Origin: a virus
Strand: one strand, 5' to 3'
Virus record (IMG/VR): IMGVR_UViG_3300021197_001787
Location: 64,001-128,000 of that record
DNA: 64,000 nt
Shown: piece after piece, positions 29,629 to 38,574 of the stretch
How positions within the stretch are numbered: the stretch's first letter is position 1
Layout of the letters: each line of letters starts with the position of its first letter
Notes under the pieces: model-generated
What the model was told of the DNA's origin: nothing
Database searches by the model: none
What the model saw: the letters and a program-made list of their open reading frames with translations, nothing else
Program-made: the position numbers and the translations under genes

Positions 29629-29833
29629 GTTTATTTAAACCAAAAATTTTTCCACTTTTAAATAGTTCGCCAAACGCAGTTTCTTCCGTAAAATTTTCCT
29701 TTGCGCTTACAATACTTACAATTCACTCACAATCGCAGAACGCAGTGAACCAGCATAATCTAACACAACCAACACAGAAAAGGCAGTATAAGCGATTTAA
29801 ACCACCTTTAACGTGCAATTAGTAAGCCACAGC

Positions 29834-30136
29834 TTATGGACTCTTCACCATCGCAGCTCCAAGGGCGTCATAGGCGAGCTTTTCGTCTAATCGCACAAGC
29901 TCGCTTTCATAATGGTACGATAAATTGCCCTTTATATCGGGCGTCTTGTTGAACCACTTTATTCCACACAGCACGTAGCGACCTGTAATCCCCCTTTCCA
30001 CGATTTCTACGATGGTGCCCCATGATGACGTGCTTTTAACGAACGGTTCCATGACAGTGAAAGTCACAACATCCCCCAACTTTACTCTCGTTTCTTTCGC
30101 CTTCTTGATTTTATTGTTAAGCGTGCTCATTGGCAA
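29834..30136 (-). CDS. Small SH3-like family protein
   Basis: VKLGDVVTF..GTIVEI..IKWF. Confidence 0.6.
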   Translation of the reverse strand: MPMSTLNNKIKKAKETRVKLGDVVTFTVMEPFVKSTSSWGTIVEIVERGITGRYVLCGIKWFNKTPDIKGNLSYHYESELVRLDEKLAYDALGAAMVKSP

Positions 30137-30387
30137 GTTAGCCTTAAGTGATCACGTATCTCAGTCGTTTTTTTAGCCGCTTTAAACCAAAATATTGTAT
30201 ACGTACGATATATTGAGCCGCCCGTATACCCTGCCGTGGAACTGCTCTTTTCTATTACAACACCCAGTGACCCATCCCTGGCCTCATCATAAATCATGAA
30301 GTCTGGTGTATAGCTATACCCACAAAACGTAACCAAGTCCCCCACGTCTAGTTCTTCTAGATGTATATTGTAATCATCGATGCCCAC
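30127..30387 (-). CDS. Small SH3-like family protein
   Basis: LDVGDLVTF..LGVVI..IFWF. Confidence 0.6.
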   Translation of the reverse strand: MGIDDYNIHLEELDVGDLVTFCGYSYTPDFMIYDEARDGSLGVVIEKSSSTAGYTGGSIYRTYTIFWFKAAKKTTEIRDHLRLTCQ

Positions 30388-30507
30388 ATAAGTAATTATC
30401 TGGGAAATTTTTACTGGCGTATTTTTTAAACTCAGAAATCTGCAGCCGTATCGTGAACGTACTTAGTCGGCCTCCAGACGCACGCCGGATACATAGAGAC
30501 ATACATT

Positions 30508-30582
30508 CCGGTGGTGGGGGGGTAGGGGGGTACCCCCGCCTCCTGTCAAGCTCCTGTCAAAAGATATGTCAGCATGCTGTCA
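30508..30582. other. G-tract, GGGGGTACCCCC palindrome and four TGTCA repeats; candidate terminus, packaging or origin element
   Basis: Palindrome 30526-30537; TGTCA at 30544, 30555, 30567, 30578. Confidence 0.45.
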
Positions 30583-30862
30583 ATTATCGTCGGGTATGTT
30601 TAACATAGTGTTTGCATCCGTCATATAATACATACACGTATATAAACAACACGACTGGTGTATAGGCTGCAATGATAATGGACTTTGAACCTACCTTATT
30701 TATTATGTTCTTTATTCTCGGCATACAATCATAGTGTTTTATTTGTTTTACTCTCGGCCAATCCCTACATGTAGTGTCGCATATGTATTGAGACAGGGGG
30801 ATTTGCCTATCACTCGCACAAGCAGACACTATATGTAGTGTGTCGTATATAGTGTGATGCGG

Positions 30863-30931
30863 TCACAGCGCCATCACTGCGATAAAAAGGATGGTGATAA
30901 TCAGGCTGCCGGCAATGTCGTCGATGGTCAT
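30863..30931 (-). CDS. 22-aa membrane peptide MTIDDIAGSLIITILFIAVMAL
   Basis: Own cassette promoter plus AGGAG RBS. Confidence 0.55.
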   Translation of the reverse strand: MTIDDIAGSLIITILFIAVMAL

Positions 30932-30952
30932 ATAGTTCTCTCCTTACTATGA

Positions 30953-31010
30953 TTATATTATACCAGTTCTCGCGCGTTAAGTCAAGCTGTCACATGTCAA
31001 AAGAATGTCA
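30953..31010 (-). promoter_or_regulatory. Cassette promoter (TGACA-N6-TGACA box + sigma70 elements)
   Basis: TGACA TTCTTT TGACA N9 TTGACT. Confidence 0.75.
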
Positions 31011-31212
31011 AGCGCATAAGTAGTTGGAATCGTTGGTGATACACGGCATTGTAAGTCATTGATATACTGCATCTTTCCTGTCACATGAACTCACACATTG
31101 ACAAACAGTGTGTAAGGGTCTATATATTAAATCTAAACACACAAACAGTCACATTAAAACAGAACAATATAATACACACCGCATTGTCTGACACATAACT
31201 ACGCACATAACA

Positions 31213-31404
31213 CTAACCACCAACAGCCACTATAGGATTATACAGGCCATCTACTACAGGTATAGCAATCGTCTGTATGCATTTAAGAGAGTTATTATAT
31301 AATGTATAGTTATTCTCATCCTTGTCTACTACAACACAATAGCCCTTTGCGCTGTTAGTTATATTATATTTACTTATGAGTTCTCCGGCCTTAAACATCT
31401 TCAC
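31213..31404 (-). CDS. Small SH3-like family protein (divergent)
   Basis: FKAGELIS..YCVVV. Confidence 0.5.
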   Translation of the reverse strand: MKMFKAGELISKYNITNSAKGYCVVVDKDENNYTLYNNSLKCIQTIAIPVVDGLYNPIVAVGG

Positions 31405-31714
31405 AGTCCTTGGCTAATACGTCAGCTTCAACCGCCTGTTTCGTCATCTCAGCAATATCAGCAACTGTTAGTTTAACTTCTTTTCTATGTTTATTCTGTT
31501 CTCTCACGAGTTTATTGTAACGCTTCTTCTCGTATGCATTTACATGTAGGTTCTCAATACCCAACGCTTCCAGCTTTGACTTGAATAGTTTAACATCTTG
31601 TAGTCTCGCTGAGTCTTTGCCTACTCTTGAATCCGCGCGAGTTATGACGACTTCGCGAAAGTTCAAACGGCCTTCAACCATTTTAAGTATTGTTTGAGAG
31701 ATATAGTATTTCAT
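31391..31714 (-). CDS. Hypothetical protein
   Basis: ORF track. Confidence 0.55.
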   Translation of the reverse strand: MKYYISQTILKMVEGRLNFREVVITRADSRVGKDSARLQDVKLFKSKLEALGIENLHVNAYEKKRYNKLVREQNKHRKEVKLTVADIAEMTKQAVEADVLAKDCEDV

Positions 31715-31719
31715 AATAA

Positions 31720-32090
31720 AAGAGGGATCTTTGCGGCGGCCCAGTTCCGTTTATCACTGTTCAGCAATAAAGGAGAAGTAGAGTCTTTGTTTATGGTCGC
31801 GCTCTACTCGACTAGTTTGCTCTGGCTTCTATGTTTATAAGGCTGGCGGCTCTCCTATTATTCCAGCGCGTTATCATGAGGGTGGCTAATCCTCTTATAG
31901 CCGTTACTGTAGGATCTTCATTATCTTTAACCTCAAGGGTTAGGGTTGGACATCTTACTCTGCGACACATACAGGCCCGTCGCAGCACTCGGCACTATGG
32001 AGTTGGGGGTTTTCATTTTCTTTACTTTACCTCTCGCGCTTTGCGCTTTACGGGTTAGGTGTGATTATAGGATAGCTTCGCCGATTGCGA
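31720..32090 (-). ncRNA. Candidate structured non-coding RNA
   Basis: No credible CDS; several short hairpins (see findings). Confidence 0.3.
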
Positions 32091-32154
32091 TACCAAGCCC
32101 AAAGGCAAGGAGCAAGAGCGGACTAAAAAAGAGGATTCCAAGAAAGTCGTTCAT

Positions 32155-32556
32155 TTAGATGCCCTCACCAGCAGCTAGCGCAGCAAGATCGGCCTTCTCT
32201 TCATCGCTAAGGTGTTCCTTGGCTTTGTTGCGGAGGCTGGCTGCGCTCATCTTGGTGGGGTTCTTATGCTCACCGTTGCAGCCATCAGCAAAAGACTGCG
32301 CGCCTTCTGGTGTGTTGTAGTCAATGACGGCTTGCTTGCCCTGCGTTGTGGAGTTGCGGAATACGCGCCACATCTGAGGACCAACTTGCTCAACAGTCCA
32401 GCCGGTGAGTTGGCGACGAGTTGGCGGTGCGGGCAGTGGCTTGTATGCTTTCTTACGGCTTGACGTGACTTCGATGTTGTTAATCATCGGGTCAGGGCGA
32501 TACCGAAAGTTGTCGTTAGAGTCAGTGAGTTGGTCGAGGCTGAATGATGTTGGCAT
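32155..32556 (-). CDS. Hypothetical protein
   Basis: Cassette promoter plus AGGAG RBS. Confidence 0.7.
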   Translation of the reverse strand: MPTSFSLDQLTDSNDNFRYRPDPMINNIEVTSSRKKAYKPLPAPPTRRQLTGWTVEQVGPQMWRVFRNSTTQGKQAVIDYNTPEGAQSFADGCNGEHKNPTKMSAASLRNKAKEHLSDEEKADLAALAAGEGI

Positions 32557-32584
32557 TGATATATCTCCTTACTTGATATACTAT

Positions 32585-32638
32585 ATTATACACTAAAAAT
32601 GGGGGAAAGTCAACAACTAAGTTGTCAAGAGAATGTCA
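32585..32638 (-). promoter_or_regulatory. Cassette promoter
   Basis: TGACA TTCTCT TGACA N9 TTGACT N17 TATAAT. Confidence 0.85.
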
Positions 32639-32767
32639 GGTAGTTTGTGACAAGAGGATAAGAGAGAAAAGCATCAGAGCATTGACCCTGATCATTGTCT
32701 GGCAAAACTCGCGCGATACCAAGTGAAGGGCGATAGGGTGAAGGTTGGATTGTCCGCGAAGTTTCAT
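32636..32767 (-). CDS. 43-aa peptide with hydrophobic C-terminus
   Basis: MKLRGQSNLHP..; own promoter and RBS. Confidence 0.5.
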   Translation of the reverse strand: MKLRGQSNLHPIALHLVSREFCQTMIRVNALMLFSLILLSQTT

Positions 32768-32794
32768 AATGTTCTTTCCTTGTTTGGTATAACC

Positions 32795-32849
32795 ATTATA
32801 CCATTAAAAGCAGGTGATTGTCAACAACTAAGTTGTCAAGAGAATGTCA
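32795..32849 (-). promoter_or_regulatory. Cassette promoter
   Basis: TGACA TTCTCT TGACA N9 TTGACA N18 TATAAT. Confidence 0.85.
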
Positions 32850-32853
32850 GGGA

Positions 32854-33036
32854 CTAGTCAATAGACTCAACACTACAAGTATCTTCATCACCCACATTCT
32901 CAATGATATTGCCGTTCCAATCCTCATCTTCTTCGATCTCGTCTACAAGCTCTTGCTGGAACTCAATCAGGCGATCGAGCAGTTCCGAAGCATCGGCGTT
33001 GCGGGCGGTAATGTCAAATGTCAGTCGGTATGTCAT
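32854..33036 (-). CDS. Acidic hypothetical protein
   Basis: Own promoter and RBS. Confidence 0.65.
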   Translation of the reverse strand: MTYRLTFDITARNADASELLDRLIEFQQELVDEIEEDEDWNGNIIENVGDEDTCSVESID

Positions 33037-33063
33037 AGTCTTTTTTCCTTGTTTGGTATAACC

Positions 33064-33117
33064 ATTATACCAGAAATGTGGGGGTAAGTCAACAACTAAG
33101 TTGTCAAGAGAATGTCA
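33064..33117 (-). promoter_or_regulatory. Cassette promoter
   Basis: Near-identical to the two preceding copies. Confidence 0.85.
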
Positions 33118-33339
33118 GTCGTTGCAGCAATCGGGGTGTTCCCAGTTGCTCACTTGCCAGTCGCTAATACTACCGGAGTAATGGAGCGCATCAACGAAGT
33201 TGCTCCAAGCCTCGGAGCGCGCTGGAATATCAACGTGTCCAAGGTTCTGCTCATCCTCTTGAATCATCGGAAGGATAAGATCAATAAACTGCTCGCGGGC
33301 AGTCTCCCAAAGAGTAACGGTGTCGAGTTGTGAAGCCAT
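33115..33339 (-). CDS. Hypothetical protein
   Basis: Start at MASQL after AGGAG. Confidence 0.65.
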   Translation of the reverse strand: MASQLDTVTLWETAREQFIDLILPMIQEDEQNLGHVDIPARSEAWSNFVDALHYSGSISDWQVSNWEHPDCCND

Positions 33340-33368
33340 AGAATAATCTCCTTTCTTTCTATACATAT

Positions 33369-33421
33369 AATATAACCCGTTGAGAGGTAAAAGCAAGCAA
33401 GATCGTGTCAGGGAAATGTCA
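33369..33421 (-). promoter_or_regulatory. Cassette promoter
   Basis: TGACA TTTCCC TGACA N9 TTGCTT .. TATATT. Confidence 0.8.
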
Positions 33422-33595
33422 AGAGATTACCATCAAGTTTCGCTCACTAATAACTTCAGTTTTACTATTCGACCACAGGATCATCCACCATACGGTTGAC
33501 CATTGGTGGCTCTCGGCATTTTTGACAACGACGCCCACAGGCGCTGATTTGCGGAACTGATCGCGCCGCCACTTAACAAGATCACCTACTCTCAT
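33419..33595 (-). CDS. Small SH3-like family protein (58 aa)
   Basis: Below cutoff; MRVGDLVKW..VGVVV..ILW. Confidence 0.7.
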   Translation of the reverse strand: MRVGDLVKWRRDQFRKSAPVGVVVKNAESHQWSTVWWMILWSNSKTEVISERNLMVIS

Positions 33596-34083
33596 CCTGC
33601 CACCTCAAGATCGCGTTCTGGGAATGTCGGCCATCCGAATCTTTTACTATCTGACATGTCACCAATCCAAGCGATGCGAGCGAAGCCACAGCCGCCTTCT
33701 GCCATCACAAGCCCAACCTTGCCGGCGTAGCCTTGACGGGTTGCGCGCTTGTTGGTTTTACCTCTCACCAGTTGGCCAACCTTAAACTTTGGTGGCTTCG
33801 GAAGTAGGGACTCGATCATCTGAGTCGCGTTGTCACGGAATGAGCCGGCAAAATAGTCAGACTGCATATCTGAGTAGTCATCACAGCGGCGAACGTGGAA
33901 GTTGCAGGCGTCGGCCTCAAGTTGAGCAGCCGTATCGCTTGCCATCGCTCCGTTAGCCAGGAATGAACCAACATAGCCGTTATGCTGGAAACTCCAGCGC
34001 GTTCCGTTATACTCTACATCAATATCAATACCTTGCTTCTTGAAGTGAGTTTTGATTTTCTTGATTACTGCTTTTACTTTCAT
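33592..34083 (-). CDS. Two-domain protein with C-terminal SH3-like family domain
   Basis: FKVGQLVRGK..VGLVM..IAW..LEV. Confidence 0.65.
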   Translation of the reverse strand: MKVKAVIKKIKTHFKKQGIDIDVEYNGTRWSFQHNGYVGSFLANGAMASDTAAQLEADACNFHVRRCDDYSDMQSDYFAGSFRDNATQMIESLLPKPPKFKVGQLVRGKTNKRATRQGYAGKVGLVMAEGGCGFARIAWIGDMSDSKRFGWPTFPERDLEVAG

Positions 34084-34256
34084 GCTACCACCTTCATGTC
34101 TTCATCTTTAACCCAGCCGCTTGTGCGCGTCTTCGGATAGAATACCTGCATCAACGTGGGAACCGCATCATGGAACCGTAGCACCACACCAAGATTTCCC
34201 TCTTTACCGCTACTCAGCCTGTATTTGCTTTGAACCATGCTTCCGACTTTGATCAT
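34080..34256 (-). CDS. Small SH3-like family protein (58 aa)
   Basis: Below cutoff; MIKVGSMVQ..LGVVL. Confidence 0.7.
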   Translation of the reverse strand: MIKVGSMVQSKYRLSSGKEGNLGVVLRFHDAVPTLMQVFYPKTRTSGWVKDEDMKVVA

Positions 34257-34281
34257 AGATTTCTCTCCTTTCTATACATAT

Positions 34282-34334
34282 AATATAACCCACTGAGAGT
34301 GAAACGCAAGGCTATTTGTGTCAAGGAAATGTCA
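34282..34334 (-). promoter_or_regulatory. Cassette promoter
   Basis: TGACA TTTCCT TGACA N9 TTGCGT. Confidence 0.8.
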
Positions 34335-34511
34335 GTAAACGAGTTGGATGTGTTCTTTTCTCACCGTCTCGCGCTTTCCGTCAGCAGCCCACTCGACGAT
34401 CCACCAGTCGCTCGGCAGCGACAGCGCAGGCCCGACAATGATCCCAACCGGACCCCAACCTTTGCTTGATGCACCATAGTGATTTCTTCGCACCAAGTTG
34501 CCGACTTTCAC
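34332..34511 (-). CDS. Small SH3-like family protein (59 aa)
   Basis: Below cutoff; MKVGNLVRR..VGIIV..VEW. Confidence 0.7.
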   Translation of the reverse strand: MKVGNLVRRNHYGASSKGWGPVGIIVGPALSLPSDWWIVEWAADGKRETVRKEHIQLVY

Positions 34512-34669
34512 GCACTTACCAATACGGTTACGTCAGCAGCGCCGGCAATAATGTTGCGCGGGTGCTTTTGAGGTTTGATGTGAACACCATCCTCATCAAT
34601 CTCAATAACTACACCCAACTTTGATCCATAGTGTTTTGTTCTTACTCTTACCAAATCGCCTACTTTCAT
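34508..34669 (-). CDS. Small SH3-like family protein
   Basis: MKVGDLVRVR..LGVVIEI. Confidence 0.7.
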   Translation of the reverse strand: MKVGDLVRVRTKHYGSKLGVVIEIDEDGVHIKPQKHPRNIIAGAADVTVLVSA

Positions 34670-34673
34670 AATC

Positions 34674-35024
34674 TTACCAGTTCCTTGGATCGTTAGCATC
34701 CCACACATCATGTGTTTGTGCTTTTGAAAGTCGTTTATCCTTGACCTTCAGGTTAAAGTTTCGCCGGCTTGCTGCTCGGCTATGCATTTTCGCTTCTTCA
34801 CGTGCATCCATACCGCGCTGGATCATATCATCCTCTGCGAGTGTAAATGTGCGGCCTTCCAAGCTATCGTCAGCTACGCGACCAGATTGCTCCATCAGAT
34901 CGTGACAGAGTTCAAAAGCAGGTTGGCCGTTGCTATCAACGCGGCTGCCGGCTTCATGAAGCAAATCCATAATCAGTTCAAGCTCTCGCTCGGTCACTCG
35001 GATATTCAAAATCTCGTCAGACAT
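34674..35024 (-). CDS. Hypothetical protein
   Basis: ORF track. Confidence 0.6.
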   Translation of the reverse strand: MSDEILNIRVTERELELIMDLLHEAGSRVDSNGQPAFELCHDLMEQSGRVADDSLEGRTFTLAEDDMIQRGMDAREEAKMHSRAASRRNFNLKVKDKRLSKAQTHDVWDANDPRNW

Positions 35025-35138
35025 TTACGCTCCACACGTGCAGTTAGCCCATTGAAAGGCGAGGAAGATAAGACCAGACCAACAGGTCAGATCAGCGATA
35101 ATAAGAGCGGCCATCATGCCGTTGCGGTTTTGAAGCAT
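35025..35138 (-). CDS. 37-aa membrane peptide
   Basis: MLQNRNGMMAALIIADLTCWSGLIFLAFQWANCTCGA; promoter and RBS. Confidence 0.6.
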   Translation of the reverse strand: MLQNRNGMMAALIIADLTCWSGLIFLAFQWANCTCGA

Positions 35139-35162
35139 TTGCTTTCTCCTTTCTATACATAT

Positions 35163-35216
35163 AATATAACACCGGAAGGGGCGATCGTCAAGGTTTAAGT
35201 TGTCAGGGGCTTGTCA
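35163..35216 (-). promoter_or_regulatory. Cassette promoter
   Basis: TGACA AGCCCC TGACA N9 TTGACG. Confidence 0.8.
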
Positions 35217-35395
35217 ACAAGTGAAAGATGTTGACTACATTCGGTTAGTGGCTCTGGTTCGTTGGTCCACAAAACTTTAACGTCACGGTTGCCACTAAAC
35301 TTTCCTGTCTCGATAATCAAGCCAACATGGACAGATTGACCTTTACGCCAGCGTGGGCGCTGATACCAATACGTCACCAGATCACCGACTTTCAT
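35195..35395 (-). CDS. Small SH3-like family protein
   Basis: MKVGDLVTY..VGLII..VLW. Confidence 0.7.
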   Translation of the reverse strand: MKVGDLVTYWYQRPRWRKGQSVHVGLIIETGKFSGNRDVKVLWTNEPEPLTECSQHLSLVDKPLTT

Positions 35396-35615
35396 ATTCA
35401 ACCTTGGTTGTCTTCACATAGAAAATAACCTTATCGCCCGGTTTAACGTGCTTAAGCTGTCTTTTATTGAGCTTTACCCACATTGCGGAGTCTGGTGCAT
35501 TTACAATCTCAACAGGAACCATCCGATCAAAGTACATTTGATCATCCAGCACGGTGCCGTTCATCTTGGCGCGTGTTGCGCAGCCAACTAAAAGCAGTGG
35601 AACTATAAATCTCAT
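35382..35615 (-). CDS. Hypothetical lipoprotein-like protein
   Basis: LLLVGC; ends YESR*. Confidence 0.55.
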   Translation of the reverse strand: MRFIVPLLLVGCATRAKMNGTVLDDQMYFDRMVPVEIVNAPDSAMWVKLNKRQLKHVKPGDKVIFYVKTTKVEYESR

Positions 35616-35954
35616 TTATGCAACCTTGGCCCTTTGAGCATCGACATGCTTACACTTACGCCGCCAGCCAAAACCGGGACACGTACACGTCCACGTGCCG
35701 CCGTTGTCGGTCACGGTATAAGTGTTGCCAGTGCTGCCTTGGACCTCGTATGAGGTAACGTCAGCCGGTTGTGCCGGTGCTTCTCGTTCCTCAACGATCA
35801 TATACTCACCAACCCGGTCAAGTGTTAGGGTTTCTGGCACTTCAACCCAATGTTGACCAGACACAGCCCACTTCTGGCCGGCCCTATCGGTGTAAAGCAT
35901 TGGGTTCATACTGACCACAATAGGCAGCGTTTTATTCTTCGTTGTCATCTTCAT
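35616..35954 (-). CDS. SWIM zinc-finger protein
   Basis: YTV..WTCTCPGF..CKH. Confidence 0.75.
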   Translation of the reverse strand: MKMTTKNKTLPIVVSMNPMLYTDRAGQKWAVSGQHWVEVPETLTLDRVGEYMIVEEREAPAQPADVTSYEVQGSTGNTYTVTDNGGTWTCTCPGFGWRRKCKHVDAQRAKVA

Positions 35955-36195
35955 TCTCCGTGGAAGGTCTATGGTTGAGGTAAATATCGGTCATGTCTTT
36001 TGACCAGAAGTCGTCGTACCCTGATACATAATAAGGGCTGATCTCAACTGGATTGCGCTCAAAAAAGTCCTCCAGCATTGAAACGATTTCTTCCATACGA
36101 AGTTCACGAGCAGACTTGTTTTCGTCGGCTTTGGCTTCAGCCATGGCCTTCTTCTTCTCGCGGTATTCGTCAAGGTTTACTATCTCTCCCATCAA
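35932..36195 (-). CDS. Hypothetical protein
   Basis: MGEIVNLDEYR start. Confidence 0.6.
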   Translation of the reverse strand: MMGEIVNLDEYREKKKAMAEAKADENKSARELRMEEIVSMLEDFFERNPVEISPYYVSGYDDFWSKDMTDIYLNHRPSTENEDDNEE

Positions 36196-36527
36196 AACGG
36201 CCTGCTATCGCTCATTGGTGAACACTCCCAAACCTTCGGGTGCATGATCACCGGGCCACCAGTTGTGTACTTGGCGAGATTCACGTGACAGGAAGTTGTC
36301 ATAGAATGAAAGCCGTTGGCTGGTGCAGTGAAGTCGGCGATGATGCAGACACCAGCCGGAGTACGTTCGCCGATCTTTAAGTCATAGCTGAATAGCTCCG
36401 CGCTTCCATTTGGATATGATATGCTTGTTAAAGAACACCTGTGATTACGCGCACTTACGCCGTTCCTCCAAGCATCAAGCACGCCGTCATTTGTGCGAGA
36501 CTTACCATAGATCCCCAGCGCGTTCAT
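36192..36527 (-). CDS. Hypothetical protein
   Basis: ATGA-coupled. Confidence 0.6.
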   Translation of the reverse strand: MNALGIYGKSRTNDGVLDAWRNGVSARNHRCSLTSISYPNGSAELFSYDLKIGERTPAGVCIIADFTAPANGFHSMTTSCHVNLAKYTTGGPVIMHPKVWECSPMSDSRPF

Positions 36528-36712
36528 GCTTCACCTGCTATACGCGGTAGTGCTGAGAGCGTTGTCAGGAAAATATCCCGCATAACTTCGTTTTCCTCTT
36601 CAGCCAGTTGCGAGGCTACCATCAGGCAAGTGATGACATTCTCACATGTTTCGCGACTCTCATCCATTGGTGTTAGTGACCCTGTGACGTTGGGAACATT
36701 ACTTTCAAACAT
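36524..36712 (-). CDS. Hypothetical protein
   Basis: Promoter and RBS. Confidence 0.6.
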   Translation of the reverse strand: MFESNVPNVTGSLTPMDESRETCENVITCLMVASQLAEEENEVMRDIFLTTLSALPRIAGEA

Positions 36713-36734
36713 TTTATCTCCTTTCTATACTATA

Positions 36735-36777
36735 AATATAGCATTAAATAGTTTAATCGTCAAGCATTAAGTTGTCA
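36735..36777 (-). promoter_or_regulatory. Cassette promoter (distal half-site degenerate)
   Basis: TGACA N9 TTGACG .. TATATT. Confidence 0.7.
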
Positions 36778-36966
36778 AGACTCGCTGACAACTTCTAGCC
36801 ATGGTTCAGGCTCCCAGTCTACTTTACCTGAACCACCTATCCACATTATACCTATTTGTGGCCGTGTGGTAGAAATGGCTTTAGGGTGCCTGTCCACTAC
36901 AATGCCGACAAGCCCCGTGTCATGCGTGTGCATCTTCACCAGATCGCCTTTTTTAATGCGCTTCAT
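36775..36966 (-). CDS. Small SH3-like family protein
   Basis: IKKGDLVKM..VGIVV..IMW..LEVVS. Confidence 0.7.
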   Translation of the reverse strand: MKRIKKGDLVKMHTHDTGLVGIVVDRHPKAISTTRPQIGIMWIGGSGKVDWEPEPWLEVVSES

Positions 36967-37241
36967 CGCTCACCTCTAAAGATACGGTCAGCGAAACGCT
37001 TTGCGTTGCGAAGGTTATACATGTCGCCAATATCTTTGACTTGATTAGATTCCTCATCATTCAGATGATTAACAGATTCCTTCATAAACTTGCGGAGCAT
37101 CTTGATAAACTCAATCTTCCCGAACGATTCTTTGTGATATGAGCCGGTACTCACATACTTTTCATGCATGATACGCACCATCTTTAGTGCGTCGTTGATG
37201 CCTTCTCGGTCGTCGGAGTCTATTACGATTGTCATTTTCAT
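36963..37241 (-). CDS. Hypothetical protein
   Basis: ATGA-coupled. Confidence 0.6.
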   Translation of the reverse strand: MKMTIVIDSDDREGINDALKMVRIMHEKYVSTGSYHKESFGKIEFIKMLRKFMKESVNHLNDEESNQVKDIGDMYNLRNAKRFADRIFRGER

Positions 37242-37252
37242 TGTTTAGCCTT

Positions 37253-38500
37253 CTATTCATCAATGGCGATGATGCGTTCATTAGTCGAGAAGTAAGGGCG
37301 CGCTGCATATTGCTTCGTGGTCATCCACATACGCTGACACTTGGAGGCAACAGGCTTCGGTGCCATCAGATCAGTCAGAACGATGTGGCCGTCAAAGCCG
37401 CGCTCATTGACATACTTTGTTGGAGCGTTGAAACATGTGCCACCAGTTAGAACGCGCTCGGTCTTCTTACTCTGCCCCTTCTTCCAAGTGTAAACCTTAT
37501 CCTCGGCAACGCGGGTATCGAAGGGGATCACAGTGAACTCCGCGACCTCTGCCAGCTTGTTAAGCTCGGAGAAGAATGCGGCAAGCATGCCATCGTCAAC
37601 AGAGCCGGACTGATCGATACTGATCGCAATCTTAGCGTGACGACGGACACGTTTGCCGGGGTGAACCTTTGGGAATCGCTTGTTAAGTCGGCGCGGCGTG
37701 CTACGCTTGTCAGCGCGCTGGCTTGTTTTGACGAAGTAACGAAGAACTTTGCGCCAGTCAACCTTTGATGAGATCCGATCCATAATATCGCGCCGCACAC
37801 CAGACGAGACTGAACCCCAGTTGCGGGACTTTTCAGCCTCTTCGGCTGCCTTCTTGACTGCTTCTTTAAGACGCTCCTTGGCAATCTCATTGACAGTTGC
37901 ATCACCAGAATCGCCAAAAGCATCGTGGTCGTCAAGTGAGTCAGCATCACCAAACGCATCTCCAGGCTCACCCTCGCCTTCACCTTGCTTCTCCTCGTTT
38001 TCCTTCTGCATCTTTTCAAGCTGAACCAGATACCACTCGTAGGTCTGACATGCTGGCAGATCCTTAAATGGGCCTTCACCCGGCATAACGCCCTTCATCG
38101 GCTCGGTAGCACCCTCAAGGATGGGGCCGGGATCAGCTTCACAGGGAAGTTTGCCCTTCATCTCTGGCAGGCCATTGATAGACAAGTCCATGGCGATATT
38201 ATCAATACGCCTGATACCATCAGCCGGCAGGCGCTTGGTCACATGCTCAAAGATAATATGGTAAAACTCATGCATGAGGATACCGAGCTTGTGGTCATCA
38301 GACAGAGCAGCAAAGAATACCGGGTTATAGAAAAGCTCAAACTGGGCGCGCTCCTTGTTGACACGCACGCCAGCAGTTGGAATAGAAGTGGTGGCCACCT
38401 TATCAATCCGACGCGAGAGCGCGGCAAAGAACGGTTCGCGCATAAGCAGGCGAGCGGTGTGCATGTTGAGATTGAAGGGCTTTTTGGTATCGTCAGTCAT
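37253..38500 (-). CDS. Metallopeptidase-like plus vWA domain protein (DUF2201 type), MoxR partner
   Basis: MHEFYHI, NIAMDLSIN, IDQSGSV, GGTCF, VLTD. Confidence 0.85.
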   Translation of the reverse strand: MTDDTKKPFNLNMHTARLLMREPFFAALSRRIDKVATTSIPTAGVRVNKERAQFELFYNPVFFAALSDDHKLGILMHEFYHIIFEHVTKRLPADGIRRIDNIAMDLSINGLPEMKGKLPCEADPGPILEGATEPMKGVMPGEGPFKDLPACQTYEWYLVQLEKMQKENEEKQGEGEGEPGDAFGDADSLDDHDAFGDSGDATVNEIAKERLKEAVKKAAEEAEKSRNWGSVSSGVRRDIMDRISSKVDWRKVLRYFVKTSQRADKRSTPRRLNKRFPKVHPGKRVRRHAKIAISIDQSGSVDDGMLAAFFSELNKLAEVAEFTVIPFDTRVAEDKVYTWKKGQSKKTERVLTGGTCFNAPTKYVNERGFDGHIVLTDLMAPKPVASKCQRMWMTTKQYAARPYFSTNERIIAIDE

Positions 38501-38521
38501 TGTTCTTTTCCTTACTCTTAT

Positions 38522-38574
38522 AATATAACGTGTTGGCAGTGCTTTGCAAGCGATATTGTGTCAAGCAAATGTCA
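38522..38574 (-). promoter_or_regulatory. Cassette promoter
   Basis: TGACA TTTGCT TGACA N9 TTGCAA. Confidence 0.8.

Noticed and set aside
29723-29818. TTG-start 31-aa Cys-rich ORF (..YCLFCVGCVRLCWFTAFCDCE)
   Set aside because: No RBS and a weak start; the TG-rich strand bias alone produces Cys/Val runs.
30584-30829. 81-aa minus-strand ORF in the boundary region
   Set aside because: Atypical composition, no clear RBS, and it lies in skewed low-coding DNA.
31720-32090. RNase P RNA or group I intron
   Set aside because: I could not find the GAGGAAAGUCC/CAGAA..GCUUA or P7 core motifs; kept only as an unknown structured candidate.
32609-33117. Three near-identical ~31-bp repeats resembling a CRISPR array
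   Set aside because: Spacers are about 200-250 bp and contain RBS-led ORFs, the repeats are promoter parts, and no cas operon is present.
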